Assembly (NCBI GenBank): GCA_005882895.1
Contig: VBBD01000068.1
Location: 4,626-68,625 of the forward strand
Source of the DNA: Candidatus Bathyarchaeota archaeon
GTDB taxonomy: Archaea > Thermoproteota > Bathyarchaeia > 40CM-2-53-6
DNA length: 64,000 nt
Direction: 5' to 3'
The position numbers and the translations under genes are program-made. Positions 34,373-43,260 of the stretch are shown here, in pieces. Under the pieces are notes generated by a model that was given only the letters and a program-made list of their open reading frames with translations, did not search any database and was not told the DNA's origin. Positions within the stretch are counted from its first letter, which is position 1; each line of letters starts with the position of its first letter.

Positions 34373-35836
34373 CTACAGGGCGAGCTGAAGATTGAAAGCG
34401 CCTTCAAGGTCTTCGAGGTCTCTAAGAATATCTTTCATGAGCACTTTTGGAATGTGTTGCTTGCCTTGGGCTATGCGAAGGCGAGGGATTCCGCGCTCAG
34501 AACGCATGGATAGATGGATGTCCGTCTTCTGTTGGAGTTGGGCTAGTTGTATCAGTACTGAGATTTTCTTCACCATCTCCATGCTTTTCTTGTCCAGCAG
34601 GCGCTTGTAGCTTGTCTGAGCCCAATCCGTCCTCCTCATTCCATTCGCTCTTGCCACAGACAAGGCCATGATGAGCTGGTCTTGGTGTGGTAGTAGGCTG
34701 TCAGCCTCCAATACTATGTAGAACAGGGTCTCCGGATTGTATATGGGGAGGTCTGGCAAGACGTGATCCAAGGCTTCGGAGAGGATGGCATATTCCTTCT
34801 TCGTCAAGTTTCTGTGTGATAAGAGGGATTTGGCCAGTTTTTCTTGGGCGGAGGCTTTCGTCTGTGTTGGTGTTCCTTCGCGGATCAAAACCCTGTCTGC
34901 GAGTCCACGGCGGTACAAGCTGGGGCTTTCGAGGAAAGCTGAGAGCACTCCGTCTCTGAGACCGTGGGTACTGACGATGAGTTTGCGGAATCCAATCTTC
35001 TTCATCATGAGGTGAACTACTAAGGACCCGGCGATGATTGATTGGCTTCTTTCCTGGCCTATAGCTGGATTCTTTCTGATAGCTCTTAGACTCATTCTGC
35101 GAAGGGCGCTGTGCACTGATTCCACGGCGTTCCTCTTCATCGAATAATTGTGCAGCTTGTTGAGAGGGTACTTGCGGCGCATCTGGTCGTACCTAGCTAA
35201 TGCGCGCACGGAGCCTCCGACCCCTACGAGGTCGAGGCTTTTCGAAGTTGGAAGATTTTTCTTGTCCGGCAAGAGTTCGAGTATTCGTTTTCTCATTCGT
35301 GCATAGTTTTTCTTTGCGTAAGATCCATTTGCCTTAGCATAGAGGTCGGTCAGCCTCAATCCTCCTAGGGGGACTGAGAGGATTTTTCTGACAGTCGGCT
35401 CTGAGTAGATGACCATCTCCAGGCTTCCTCCTCCAAGGTCGAAGAACAAGCCGGAATGAACGCTCGTGGCGCTCTTGGCTCCTTCGAACGCGTACACCGC
35501 TTCTTCCTTTTCGGATAGAACTTTGAACTTGAACCCGGTTTCCTGATCCGCTTGTTTGAGGAATTCCTCTCTGTTCCCAGCTTCCCTGACAGCGCTGGTC
35601 GCGACCGGGAGGACGTGGTCTGGTCTCTCTAAGTCCACTATGGCGCGGAACTGTTTCAGAGCTTTGAGAGTACGTCGGATGGGTTTGTCTCCGAGAAAGC
35701 CAGTTTGATCAAGCCCTTCTCCAACCTTAGCGAGGACCGAATGCTGTCCATACGCGACGAACGACTTGTCCCGCCTAACTTCGTAGTTCACCAGTTTTAG
35801 CGAGTTGTAACCTAGGTCTATCACGGAGACTTTCAA
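34373..35836 (-). CDS. ppx: Ppx/GppA family exopolyphosphatase
   Basis: The ASKHA fold motifs 'VIDLGYNSLKL', 'ATSAVREAGN' and 'FFDLGGGSLE' are present. The C-terminal region is helical and HD-like. Confidence 0.85.
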   Translation of the reverse strand: MKVSVIDLGYNSLKLVNYEVRRDKSFVAYGQHSVLAKVGEGLDQTGFLGDKPIRRTLKALKQFRAIVDLERPDHVLPVATSAVREAGNREEFLKQADQETGFKFKVLSEKEEAVYAFEGAKSATSVHSGLFFDLGGGSLEMVIYSEPTVRKILSVPLGGLRLTDLYAKANGSYAKKNYARMRKRILELLPDKKNLPTSKSLDLVGVGGSVRALARYDQMRRKYPLNKLHNYSMKRNAVESVHSALRRMSLRAIRKNPAIGQERSQSIIAGSLVVHLMMKKIGFRKLIVSTHGLRDGVLSAFLESPSLYRRGLADRVLIREGTPTQTKASAQEKLAKSLLSHRNLTKKEYAILSEALDHVLPDLPIYNPETLFYIVLEADSLLPHQDQLIMALSVARANGMRRTDWAQTSYKRLLDKKSMEMVKKISVLIQLAQLQQKTDIHLSMRSERGIPRLRIAQGKQHIPKVLMKDILRDLEDLEGAFNLQLAL

Positions 35837-35904
35837 ACTTGGCTAGGCCCGCCCGTCGCTTACGTTTCACTTCGGCGGGTTCAAGGGTATTCGTCTTGGG
35901 CATA

Positions 35905-36522
35905 TCAAGACATCTTAGCGATAATTTTCGGCGTGAGAAGCCAACGGAGTTCGCCGGAGACGCGAGGAGTAAACGATGTTATTCGGACTTTTGCGACCCC
36001 TCCCTTTTTCAGAACTATCTTAGCGCTCGTGGTCCCCATGATCTCTCCTATCATGGAAGTGAGGTAAGGTTCGTGGCCTACCAGGATCGGTCTGGAGTTT
36101 TGTCCGAGTCGTGCAAGTTTGCGATAGAGTCCTGTTTTGCTTCCGTCAGGTTTCAATTCGTCCCATTCTTCCAATGTCGGGATCTCAAGGATCTTAGCCG
36201 CAATTTCAGCGGTCTCTCGAGCTCTTCTCAACGGACTTGTATAGATCCGGTCCGTTTGGAGTCCGATTGCCTTCAATGACTTTGCTATTTTCTCCATCTC
36301 AGTTCGGCCTTCTGGTGTTAGGGGTCGTTCGGAATCCTTCTCCACAACTGTCATTCGGTTCCCAGCCTCTCCATGCCTTAGTATGAAGAGGTCGATTTTC
36401 GCAGAGCCCGCCGTCTTTGATAGAGTCCGAACGGGCGTTGGTGGAATTGCCTTCTTGATCTCGACCTCCTTGTTGTCCGAGAAAGCGCGCCGTTGTCTCC
36501 TCGCTCTCCTAGGCTCTGTCAA
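35905..36522 (-). CDS. sixA: histidine phosphatase superfamily protein (SixA-like phosphohistidine phosphatase)
   Basis: The RHG motif is 'LFILRHGEAG'. 'TSPLRRARETAE' and 'ILVGHEPYL' are also present. The N-terminal Arg-rich extension suggests the true start may be further downstream. Confidence 0.75.
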   Translation of the reverse strand: MTEPRRARRQRRAFSDNKEVEIKKAIPPTPVRTLSKTAGSAKIDLFILRHGEAGNRMTVVEKDSERPLTPEGRTEMEKIAKSLKAIGLQTDRIYTSPLRRARETAEIAAKILEIPTLEEWDELKPDGSKTGLYRKLARLGQNSRPILVGHEPYLTSMIGEIMGTTSAKIVLKKGGVAKVRITSFTPRVSGELRWLLTPKIIAKMS

Positions 36523-36589
36523 TTGTCCCTATGGCAAGGTTCGGTGAGTCAGATAAAGTTCAGTAACCACACCTTCTCCGTTCAAAACC

Positions 36590-37396
36590 ATGAGTTGGAC
36601 CAGGATGGTCAAGCTACCGCGGGCTCTCGGTTTCGGCCGAGAGATCGAATCGATCCTTCTCATACTGTCAGACCATCCTGAGGAAATTGTCAGAAAGATT
36701 GCTGATAAGAAAAGCGTCGGAGATTATCTATTGGTTGGGGAGAAGAAGAAGTCTCTTGCCGACACATACTTCGACACTCCCGGCCACTTTCTTTCGCATC
36801 GCAAGCTGAATTTGAGAATACGGACAGATAGCCAGGATCGTTGGATCACCATGAAGACACATCCTAGACGAACCCTCTGGGGTGGAATGGTCCGATCTGA
36901 GATGGAGGTTCCCTGGTCACAGGAGACTGTTGAAAAAGTGGTTTCCGAGTTGAAAATCCCGCATCAGCCTCCTAGTCATGCCGGCCAGACAAATCTTTCA
37001 GACCCAATTGAGCTACTCAAGAGCAAAGGCCTTGTTCCTATCCAGCATCGAGAGACCCAACGGCAGGTACGAGATGTTACGTCTAGCCCCGAAGGGTCCC
37101 CCGTCCTAGCCGAACTAGACATTGACTCAGTGCTTTACGACTTCGACGATCAAAAGATACGCCTTTTCGAGGTCGAAGTGGAGAGTAAGTCCGAAAAAGG
37201 TCAGAACGCGGTCAAGAGCGTTACCAGGAGCCTGAGGGGAGAGTACGGCTCTATCTTACGAAGCTGGCGTCACGGAAAACTCGCGACTGGAACGGGGATC
37301 GCTAAGCTGTTGAAATCGGGAGAGCTGAAACCTCTGATCGATGCTGAAAACCGGCTTCTACCGGCCGCTTACGACAGGCTCAACCGAATACTCTGA
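36590..37396 (+). CDS. CYTH domain protein (triphosphate tunnel metalloenzyme family)
   Basis: The segments 'REIESILLI' (EXEX-), 'YFDTP', 'LNLRIR', 'RSEMEV', 'LAELDIDSV' and 'RLFEVEVES' fit the family. The gene is divergent from the sixA-ppx-CHAD operon. Confidence 0.75.
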   Translation: MSWTRMVKLPRALGFGREIESILLILSDHPEEIVRKIADKKSVGDYLLVGEKKKSLADTYFDTPGHFLSHRKLNLRIRTDSQDRWITMKTHPRRTLWGGMVRSEMEVPWSQETVEKVVSELKIPHQPPSHAGQTNLSDPIELLKSKGLVPIQHRETQRQVRDVTSSPEGSPVLAELDIDSVLYDFDDQKIRLFEVEVESKSEKGQNAVKSVTRSLRGEYGSILRSWRHGKLATGTGIAKLLKSGELKPLIDAENRLLPAAYDRLNRIL

Positions 37397-37456
37397 CGCC
37401 CGTATCGGGCAAGATCCGTCCAGGTAATCTTCTTAGCATCGAGGGCCCACGTCATA

Positions 37457-37798
37457 GTGGGGAGTGTATTGCTCCGCCCTAAGAGAGGCGAGGCTATCGC
37501 GTCCGTTCTGTTCGCTTTCACAGCCACCGGCTTGATCGCCCTCTTGTACAACCTTAACCCATTCAATAGCTGGGCGCTCTTGGCCGGAGTCTGGGCGAGC
37601 TCGGAAGCACTCATTCTCTATCTCCTTCAGAACCAGCGTAGGAATGAAAAAGAATTCCAAAAACGTCCAGTCAGCTTTCCCAACCCCGAAGGGGGCGGAA
37701 TTCTCGGCGAATACGTGAACCGTCCCTGGCAGAACGAGCTCGCCGAGCTTGGCCGACGATACCCGAGCAAGAAGGCGAAGAAACAGAAGAGGGACTAG
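37457..37798 (+). CDS. small membrane protein (2 TM segments) with a basic C-terminal tail
   Basis: The hydrophobic segments are 'IASVLFAFTATGLIALLY' and 'WALLAGVWASSEALILYLL'. The stop overlaps the next ATG. An antisense 126-aa ORF is judged less likely. Confidence 0.45.
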   Translation: MGSVLLRPKRGEAIASVLFAFTATGLIALLYNLNPFNSWALLAGVWASSEALILYLLQNQRRNEKEFQKRPVSFPNPEGGGILGEYVNRPWQNELAELGRRYPSKKAKKQKRD

Positions 37799-38317
37799 AT
37801 GATCGTCTCCCACGAGACCAAGAGGATTTTAGGTATCTCAAGCCTGGTGCTAATACTTCTCCTTCTTCTGGCCAGAGGCCTGCCCTTCCCTTTTCCCGGT
37901 TCACAACCATCAGTATCTCCCCGTATCCGGAATGCGCCGAGTCTAATCTTCAGTGACAATGTTTCGTTCAACGGTCCGGCTCCAACTTTCAATTTGACTC
38001 TGATTCAATTCCACTCCTACATGTGGAAGTTTAACGTCACCGCCGGTTCTGTTAAGATCGATTTGACTGACCCTAAGACCGGTAGTATCTTTTGGACGGT
38101 CGGGCCTAGTTCGTTGGGGGAATGGCACCTGAATGGTACTGGTTCTGTCAGTTTCAACTGGACAGTCCCGGCCTCGACATACTATTCGATGGTTCTCGAA
38201 AACTTGAACATCTCGTCATCCCTATGGTCATCGAGTTGGTTTTCGAGCGGCTCTCCATATTTTTCGTGCGACATACACGTATGGGACTTAGATGCCCTCG
38301 AGGTCCACTTCTTATAG
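37799..38317 (+). CDS. secreted or anchored hypothetical protein
   Basis: A signal anchor, 'ILGISSLVLILLLLLA', is followed by a beta-rich domain with many N-x-S/T sequons. Confidence 0.5.
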   Translation: MIVSHETKRILGISSLVLILLLLLARGLPFPFPGSQPSVSPRIRNAPSLIFSDNVSFNGPAPTFNLTLIQFHSYMWKFNVTAGSVKIDLTDPKTGSIFWTVGPSSLGEWHLNGTGSVSFNWTVPASTYYSMVLENLNISSSLWSSSWFSSGSPYFSCDIHVWDLDALEVHFL

Positions 38318-38397
38318 TCTGATGACCTGCGCGGCGGCTCCGGCGAGCGAATAGCTCTATTAGGCTCATTAGCCATTATGAACTTTGGCCGAAGCGT

Positions 38398-39021
38398 TTG
38401 AGCGAGGGTCTTTCCGTCGACCGAGTAATGGATGTGCTCAGGAACTGCTACGATCCCGAGATTCCCGTCAACATTGTTGATCTTGGTCTGGTCTACGGCG
38501 TTGCCATAGACAACGACACGGTGAAGGTTCGAATGACCCTTACGGCCATGGGCTGTCCCGCCAGTGCCTACCTGAGTCATCAAGTCAAGGAACTGATCGA
38601 GAAGATACCGGGCGTCACTCACGCTGATGTCGACATCGTCTGGGACCCGCCTTGGACCCCTGACAAGATGAGTGCGGCAGCTCGAGAACGTCTCCAGGCA
38701 AACCAGGAACCAGTGACGATCGAATTTGACCCCGCCAGTTTCAAGCCTAGAAAGAAGGGGCACATCGCTAGGAACCCTGACGGGACTATTGTCCTGATTA
38801 ATGAGTCGAATTCACGGTATCTGGGGAACGATGACATTGCCAGCCTCTGGGAGAAGAGCGACGGAAGCAAGACCATTGACGAGTTAACGTCAGAACTCGC
38901 GGTGGAAAAGAAGGTCTCGCCCGCTGAGATTCGGATGCAGATACTCGAAGTCGTTACTCAGCTAGTCGCGATCGGATTGATATCTCCTGAGGACTCGATG
39001 GTTCTGCCCCTGCAGCCATAA
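38398..39021 (+). CDS. DUF59 (MIP18/SufT/PaaD-like Fe-S assembly domain) fused to a PqqD-like (RRE-type) domain
   Basis: The N-terminal half has 'VLRNCYDPEIPVNIVDLGLVY', 'MTLTAMGCPA' and 'VDIVWDPPWTPDKMS'. The C-terminal half, 'LGNDDIASLWEKSDGSKTIDELTSELAVEKKVSPAEIRMQILEVVTQLVAIGLI', resembles the PqqD family. The start codon is TTG. Confidence 0.7.
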   Translation: MSEGLSVDRVMDVLRNCYDPEIPVNIVDLGLVYGVAIDNDTVKVRMTLTAMGCPASAYLSHQVKELIEKIPGVTHADVDIVWDPPWTPDKMSAAARERLQANQEPVTIEFDPASFKPRKKGHIARNPDGTIVLINESNSRYLGNDDIASLWEKSDGSKTIDELTSELAVEKKVSPAEIRMQILEVVTQLVAIGLISPEDSMVLPLQP

Positions 39022-39075
39022 ACGATCGACCCAAGCCATATCTGTTCCCGAGGATTCATCCGCCTTCATCGGCAA

Positions 39076-39783
39076 TTGTACGATCGTCTAGCGGAACTCT
39101 ACGATGCCATCTACTCTTTTAAGAGCTACGAGAAGGAGACAGCAAAACTCCACGAGCTCATCCAGCGACACAAGCGGTCACCCGGTAACGAACTGCTCGA
39201 TGTCGCCTGCGGAACGGGCGGCCACATCGCTTACCTGAAAGGAAACTATTCGGTTGAGGGCCTGGATATCAGTGCGCCAATGCTGAGACTAGCTAGGAAG
39301 AAACACCCGAATGTCGTCTTCTATCGTGGTGACATGACTAACTTCAAGATAAGGAAACAATTTGATGTCGTCACCTGCCTGTTCAGCGCCATAGGCCATG
39401 TAAAGACAAAGCGCAGATTGGATCTCGCAGTTCGAAGCATGGCCTGCCACCTCAAGCCCGGCGGGGTATTAGTCGTGGAGCCCTGGCCCACTCCCAAACA
39501 GTACCAAATCGGACGGCTAGGCGCCAACTTTGTAGACGAGCCCAACCTCAAAGTTGCACGGTTCAGCATTAGCAAGGCTCGGGGGAAGCTTTCGGTTCAA
39601 GACCTCCACCACCTAGTAGCTACATCCAATCGCATCGAACATTTTGTGGAAAGATTGGAAATGGGGCTCTTCACTAAAGACGAATATCTAGAAGCGTTTC
39701 GCCAGGCGCGGCTCGAAGTGACGCACGATGAGGAGGGGCTTATGGGAAGAGGTCTCTACTTGGGAATCAGGTCGTTAGTTTAG
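39076..39783 (+). CDS. class I SAM-dependent methyltransferase (TylM1/DesVI-like family)
   Basis: The segments 'YDAIYSFKSYEKE', 'LLDVACGTGGH', 'GDMTNF', 'CLFSAIGH' and 'GGVLVVEPW' fit this family. Confidence 0.8.
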   Translation: MYDRLAELYDAIYSFKSYEKETAKLHELIQRHKRSPGNELLDVACGTGGHIAYLKGNYSVEGLDISAPMLRLARKKHPNVVFYRGDMTNFKIRKQFDVVTCLFSAIGHVKTKRRLDLAVRSMACHLKPGGVLVVEPWPTPKQYQIGRLGANFVDEPNLKVARFSISKARGKLSVQDLHHLVATSNRIEHFVERLEMGLFTKDEYLEAFRQARLEVTHDEEGLMGRGLYLGIRSLV

Positions 39784-39799
39784 CCTTGGGCCGGAATGT

Positions 39800-40456
39800 C
39801 TAGTGATTTTGAAGCTTCTCGAGCCTCTGACGCGCGGTTATCCCAATCCTGAGTAAGCTTTCAAGTCGTGTCTTATCCATTCCCATCTTGTCAATCTTCT
39901 CAAGAACCCGTAGAAAGGCCTCCATCTCGACAATATTCTTAGCCTCCTTGTCCGCCCTGAACTGAAGTTCCTTAGTGTTTACGAATAGGAAACGCCTCAT
40001 CATCGGCACTTCAAAGGCTATCCACCCTGCCAAGCCTCCAAAAAGCAGCGCAGATTTGTAGACGAACTCATTCACTCTGAAAGACAGGAGAATAACGCCA
40101 ACGAGAAGCAGATTCGCAACGAGATTCTGGAGGAAGAAAGTCAATAGGCGTTTCTTGTCATTCAGTTTTCGGTGGCGGGCGTTCGCCACCAAGCCTTCGT
40201 AAATCAGGGCGGAAGCGATTAGCGGTTTCCATTCATCCGGGGTCAAATGACCCATCATTCGCCTTGGAAGTCGGACGCTATTGTAAAATACAAGGATCCG
40301 ATTCAACGGACTCCAAGATACCTTCTGAGGGTTCAGCTCTGGTACGCCTAGTTGTTGGCAGAGGTCTCGAGCGTAACGGGTAATCGCCTCTTCATCTGAG
40401 GAAAGAGAAGCGCTGCCCAAAGAGCCCATACTACGCTCCCGCAGTCGTCGATTCAT
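39800..40456 (-). CDS. hypothetical membrane protein
   Basis: This 218-aa protein has two or three central hydrophobic helices. Its start abuts the stop of the upstream GNAT gene, so the two appear to form an operon. Confidence 0.5.
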   Translation of the reverse strand: MNRRLRERSMGSLGSASLSSDEEAITRYARDLCQQLGVPELNPQKVSWSPLNRILVFYNSVRLPRRMMGHLTPDEWKPLIASALIYEGLVANARHRKLNDKKRLLTFFLQNLVANLLLVGVILLSFRVNEFVYKSALLFGGLAGWIAFEVPMMRRFLFVNTKELQFRADKEAKNIVEMEAFLRVLEKIDKMGMDKTRLESLLRIGITARQRLEKLQNH

Positions 40457-41049
40457 TAGAGAAGGATGCCCATTTCTACCTCGTCGTGATAGCGATGGTC
40501 GTCTCCGTAGAAAGTCTCTCTCGCAATCCCTTCCTTCTTGAAGCCGACTTTCTCATAGACCTTGATGGCGCTGTGGTTATCTGCTACGACGGTCAGCCCG
40601 ATCCGATGGAACCCCTGCTCCTTCGCTAGCTCGATCGCTTTCCTCATCATCCTGGTTCCCAGACCTAGGTTCTGAAAATCTTGGTGGACATAGATGAGCA
40701 CCTCCCCGACTCCCTTGCGCCGTTCAAATGGTATTCTGAACAATCGTAGATGTCCAACAATTCTTTCCTCTAGTCGGGCGATTAGAGTGATATTGTTTGT
40801 TAGGTCGGAGTTCCAATACTCTATCCTAGCGCGGTCATAGGGAGGCAGTCCCCACTTGAGGGCCTCTGGCGACATGTTAGCGTACATGGACACGAGTGCT
40901 TCCTTATCTTCGGGACGGTACAATGTGAGAATTATCCTGCGTCCGTCTTTGAGCAGGGCATGCCCTTTAACAGGAATCATATCGCGTCCCACAGACGTGT
41001 GCTCGTATGAGTCCTCCATCCGATAAGAAGTTAAGCACGATTGCCTCAC
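40456..41049 (-). CDS. GNAT family N-acetyltransferase
   Basis: The acetyl-CoA binding region is 'IYVHQDFQNLGLGTRMMRKAIELAKEQGFHRI'. Confidence 0.8.
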   Translation of the reverse strand: MRQSCLTSYRMEDSYEHTSVGRDMIPVKGHALLKDGRRIILTLYRPEDKEALVSMYANMSPEALKWGLPPYDRARIEYWNSDLTNNITLIARLEERIVGHLRLFRIPFERRKGVGEVLIYVHQDFQNLGLGTRMMRKAIELAKEQGFHRIGLTVVADNHSAIKVYEKVGFKKEGIARETFYGDDHRYHDEVEMGILL

Positions 41050-41084
41050 TCAGGATTATTCAATTATCAAGCGAGATCGAGCGA

Positions 41085-41510
41085 ATGCCACGACGGCTGA
41101 TGTGGAGTGACCTGGATCGTCCCTTGAAAATCTCCGCTCTGTCAGGCATTTTTTGGGGAAGCGTTGGATTGACCTATGTGACCTACTCAATGCTTTCTGG
41201 CAATCTCTTCTTCTTCCTCGAAGGGACACCCGAATGGTTATCTCTGTCCATCGCGTTGTCGCTATTCCCTATTTGGTTGGCTTTCGCCTCTGCCTTTGGT
41301 TTGATTGTCGCAAACACGGTGCTGCTCCTCTATCCGTTGTTCCTTGTATCCGGAGGTCTTTCACTGTTGGGCTTGTCTATGCAGAGGGAGAGGAGGGGAA
41401 TCTTAGGATTCCTGGTGTTCATGGGGTCGGTTCCATTTCTGCTAGGGCTGTTCTTTGGGGTCCTAACTGTAATAATGAGCCTTGTTGGGATACCAGTGTT
41501 CAGAAACTGA
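41085..41510 (+). CDS. hypothetical integral membrane protein
   Basis: The protein has four hydrophobic helices. I chose the internal Met ('MPRRLMWSDL') to avoid overlap with the divergent GNAT gene. The track start is 41007. Confidence 0.5.
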   Translation: MPRRLMWSDLDRPLKISALSGIFWGSVGLTYVTYSMLSGNLFFFLEGTPEWLSLSIALSLFPIWLAFASAFGLIVANTVLLLYPLFLVSGGLSLLGLSMQRERRGILGFLVFMGSVPFLLGLFFGVLTVIMSLVGIPVFRN

Positions 41511-41541
41511 GAAAATGATCCTCTGAAGACTCTCCAGACTC

Positions 41542-42588
41542 GTGAGGATTTGGCGGGGGCCGAGGTGCCTTGCCTCAGTCGAAGGAAATATTTTGCGTGA
41601 TGCATGGTTTATCCGATCCTTTCCCTGCGCCGGAGCTCTAAGCGAGGCGTTGGCTCTGCCCGTGTTGACACTGCGACTGCGCATCGCACTTGCGTTCCTC
41701 TCGATCTACACGATTTGGGGCTCCACCTACCTGGCCATACGGTTCGCAATCGAAACACTTCCGCCGTTTCTGATGGCCGCAATTCGATTTCTAATTGCGG
41801 GAGGAGTGCTCTACGCTTGGATGCGTTTGAGAGGGGCCCCGCCTCCAACATGGGCAAATTGGAAGGCCGCGACCATCGTCGGGGGATTACTCTTGCTCGG
41901 CGGAAACGGTGGGGTGACGAAGGCCGAACTGGTGATTCCGTCCAGCTTGGCTGCGGTATTGATCACGACTGTTCCAATCTGGATGGCTCTTTTGGAGCTG
42001 TTGCGAAAGGACCGCATAGTCCCAACTCTACATGTCGTTATTGGTCTAGTTCTGGGCCTCGGAGGAGTTGTTCTGCTGGTAGGACCGGGTGACCTCGGTG
42101 GTAGTGGTGGGTTGAATCCTCTCTGGGCTGGAGTTCTGATATTCGCCGCGCTCTCATGGGCAATCGGTTCAGTCTATTCTAGAAACGCACCTCTCCCAAG
42201 GACGCCGTTGCTAGGTAGTGGAATGGAGATGTTAGCCGGCGGAGCTCTCCTCCTCTTGGTCTCGTTAGTCTCCCTAGAGTGGGTTGGTTTTCAGCCCGGT
42301 AACGTATCGTTTCTATCTCTTGTCTCGTTCATCTATTTGATAGTATTCGGTTCCCTGATAGGCTTCTCATCCTACGTCTGGCTCCTAACAAAGACGACAA
42401 CTGCAAGAGTCTCCACTTACGCTTACGTCAACCCGGTCGTTGCCGTCTTCCTTGGCTACTTCCTGGCGGGCGAACAGTTGACGCTTCGGACGCTCCTCGC
42501 TTCCTCGGTGATAGTCATCGCGGTAGTTGTGATTACGACCTTCAAATCAAGACGGACTGGTCCAGACTACGATTCATCGCCGAGTTGA
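41542..42588 (+). CDS. EamA/DMT family transporter
   Basis: The protein has ten TM segments and a duplicated EamA pattern ('IWGSTYLAIRFAIETLPPF', 'LSWAIGSVYSR'). The real start is probably near the GTG at 41662, before 'LTLRLRIALAFL'. Confidence 0.8.
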   Translation: MRIWRGPRCLASVEGNILRDAWFIRSFPCAGALSEALALPVLTLRLRIALAFLSIYTIWGSTYLAIRFAIETLPPFLMAAIRFLIAGGVLYAWMRLRGAPPPTWANWKAATIVGGLLLLGGNGGVTKAELVIPSSLAAVLITTVPIWMALLELLRKDRIVPTLHVVIGLVLGLGGVVLLVGPGDLGGSGGLNPLWAGVLIFAALSWAIGSVYSRNAPLPRTPLLGSGMEMLAGGALLLLVSLVSLEWVGFQPGNVSFLSLVSFIYLIVFGSLIGFSSYVWLLTKTTTARVSTYAYVNPVVAVFLGYFLAGEQLTLRTLLASSVIVIAVVVITTFKSRRTGPDYDSSPS

Positions 42589-42654
42589 TCCCTGTTTCTC
42601 TAACAAGTCCTCAAAGAAGACCCTTATTCTCTCATACAGGACCATGAGTGGTTT

Positions 42655-43257
42655 GTGAGCCACGCAGTGAAGGTTGAAGTTCGAGAGCTATCACCGGAAC
42701 TGCTCGATGACTACCTCCGGTTCTTTGACAAGGACGCCTTCACCGATTTTCCAGAATGGTCCGGGTGCTACTGCGGATTCTACGACACGCCCGGGGATAA
42801 TTGGGACTCAACCGCCAAAGCTGGGCCTGCTCATCGAGAAGCTCGGGCCGAACGAATCAGATCAGGCAGAGCCCACGGCTTGCTAGCCATCGCAGGTGGA
42901 AGAGTGGTTGGTTGGTGCAACGCACAGTCTCGGTCTAACTTCCTAAACATGCGGAGGTATGCTACCGTCGTAGACGATCCCTCCGAGCCAGTCGGCTCGA
43001 TCATGTGCTTTCTCGTAGCCCCCGGACATCGAGGAAAGGGTGTAGGCACAGCACTCCTGAACGCTGCTTGCGATAAGTTCCGCCGAGACAAGTTACACGT
43101 CGCAGAGGGTTATCCTACAACCAACCCTGTCAAGCGAGCTTGGGAGACTCCTTGGGCCGAAGAGAATTACAAGGGACCCTTGAGTATGTATCTCAAAGCT
43201 AGCTTCAAGATCCATCGCCAGCTAGAACGCTTTGCAATTGTAAGAAAGCAGCTCTGA
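42655..43257 (+). CDS. GNAT family N-acetyltransferase
   Basis: 'CFLVAPGHRGKGVGTALLNAA' is present. It is a paralog of 23877..24521. Confidence 0.75.
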   Translation: MSHAVKVEVRELSPELLDDYLRFFDKDAFTDFPEWSGCYCGFYDTPGDNWDSTAKAGPAHREARAERIRSGRAHGLLAIAGGRVVGWCNAQSRSNFLNMRRYATVVDDPSEPVGSIMCFLVAPGHRGKGVGTALLNAACDKFRRDKLHVAEGYPTTNPVKRAWETPWAEENYKGPLSMYLKASFKIHRQLERFAIVRKQL

Positions 43258-43260
43258 GCC

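Noticed and set aside
38182-38763. 193-aa minus-strand ORF
   Set aside because: It is fully antisense to the DUF59-PqqD gene, whose translation shows clear family motifs. The antisense product shows none.
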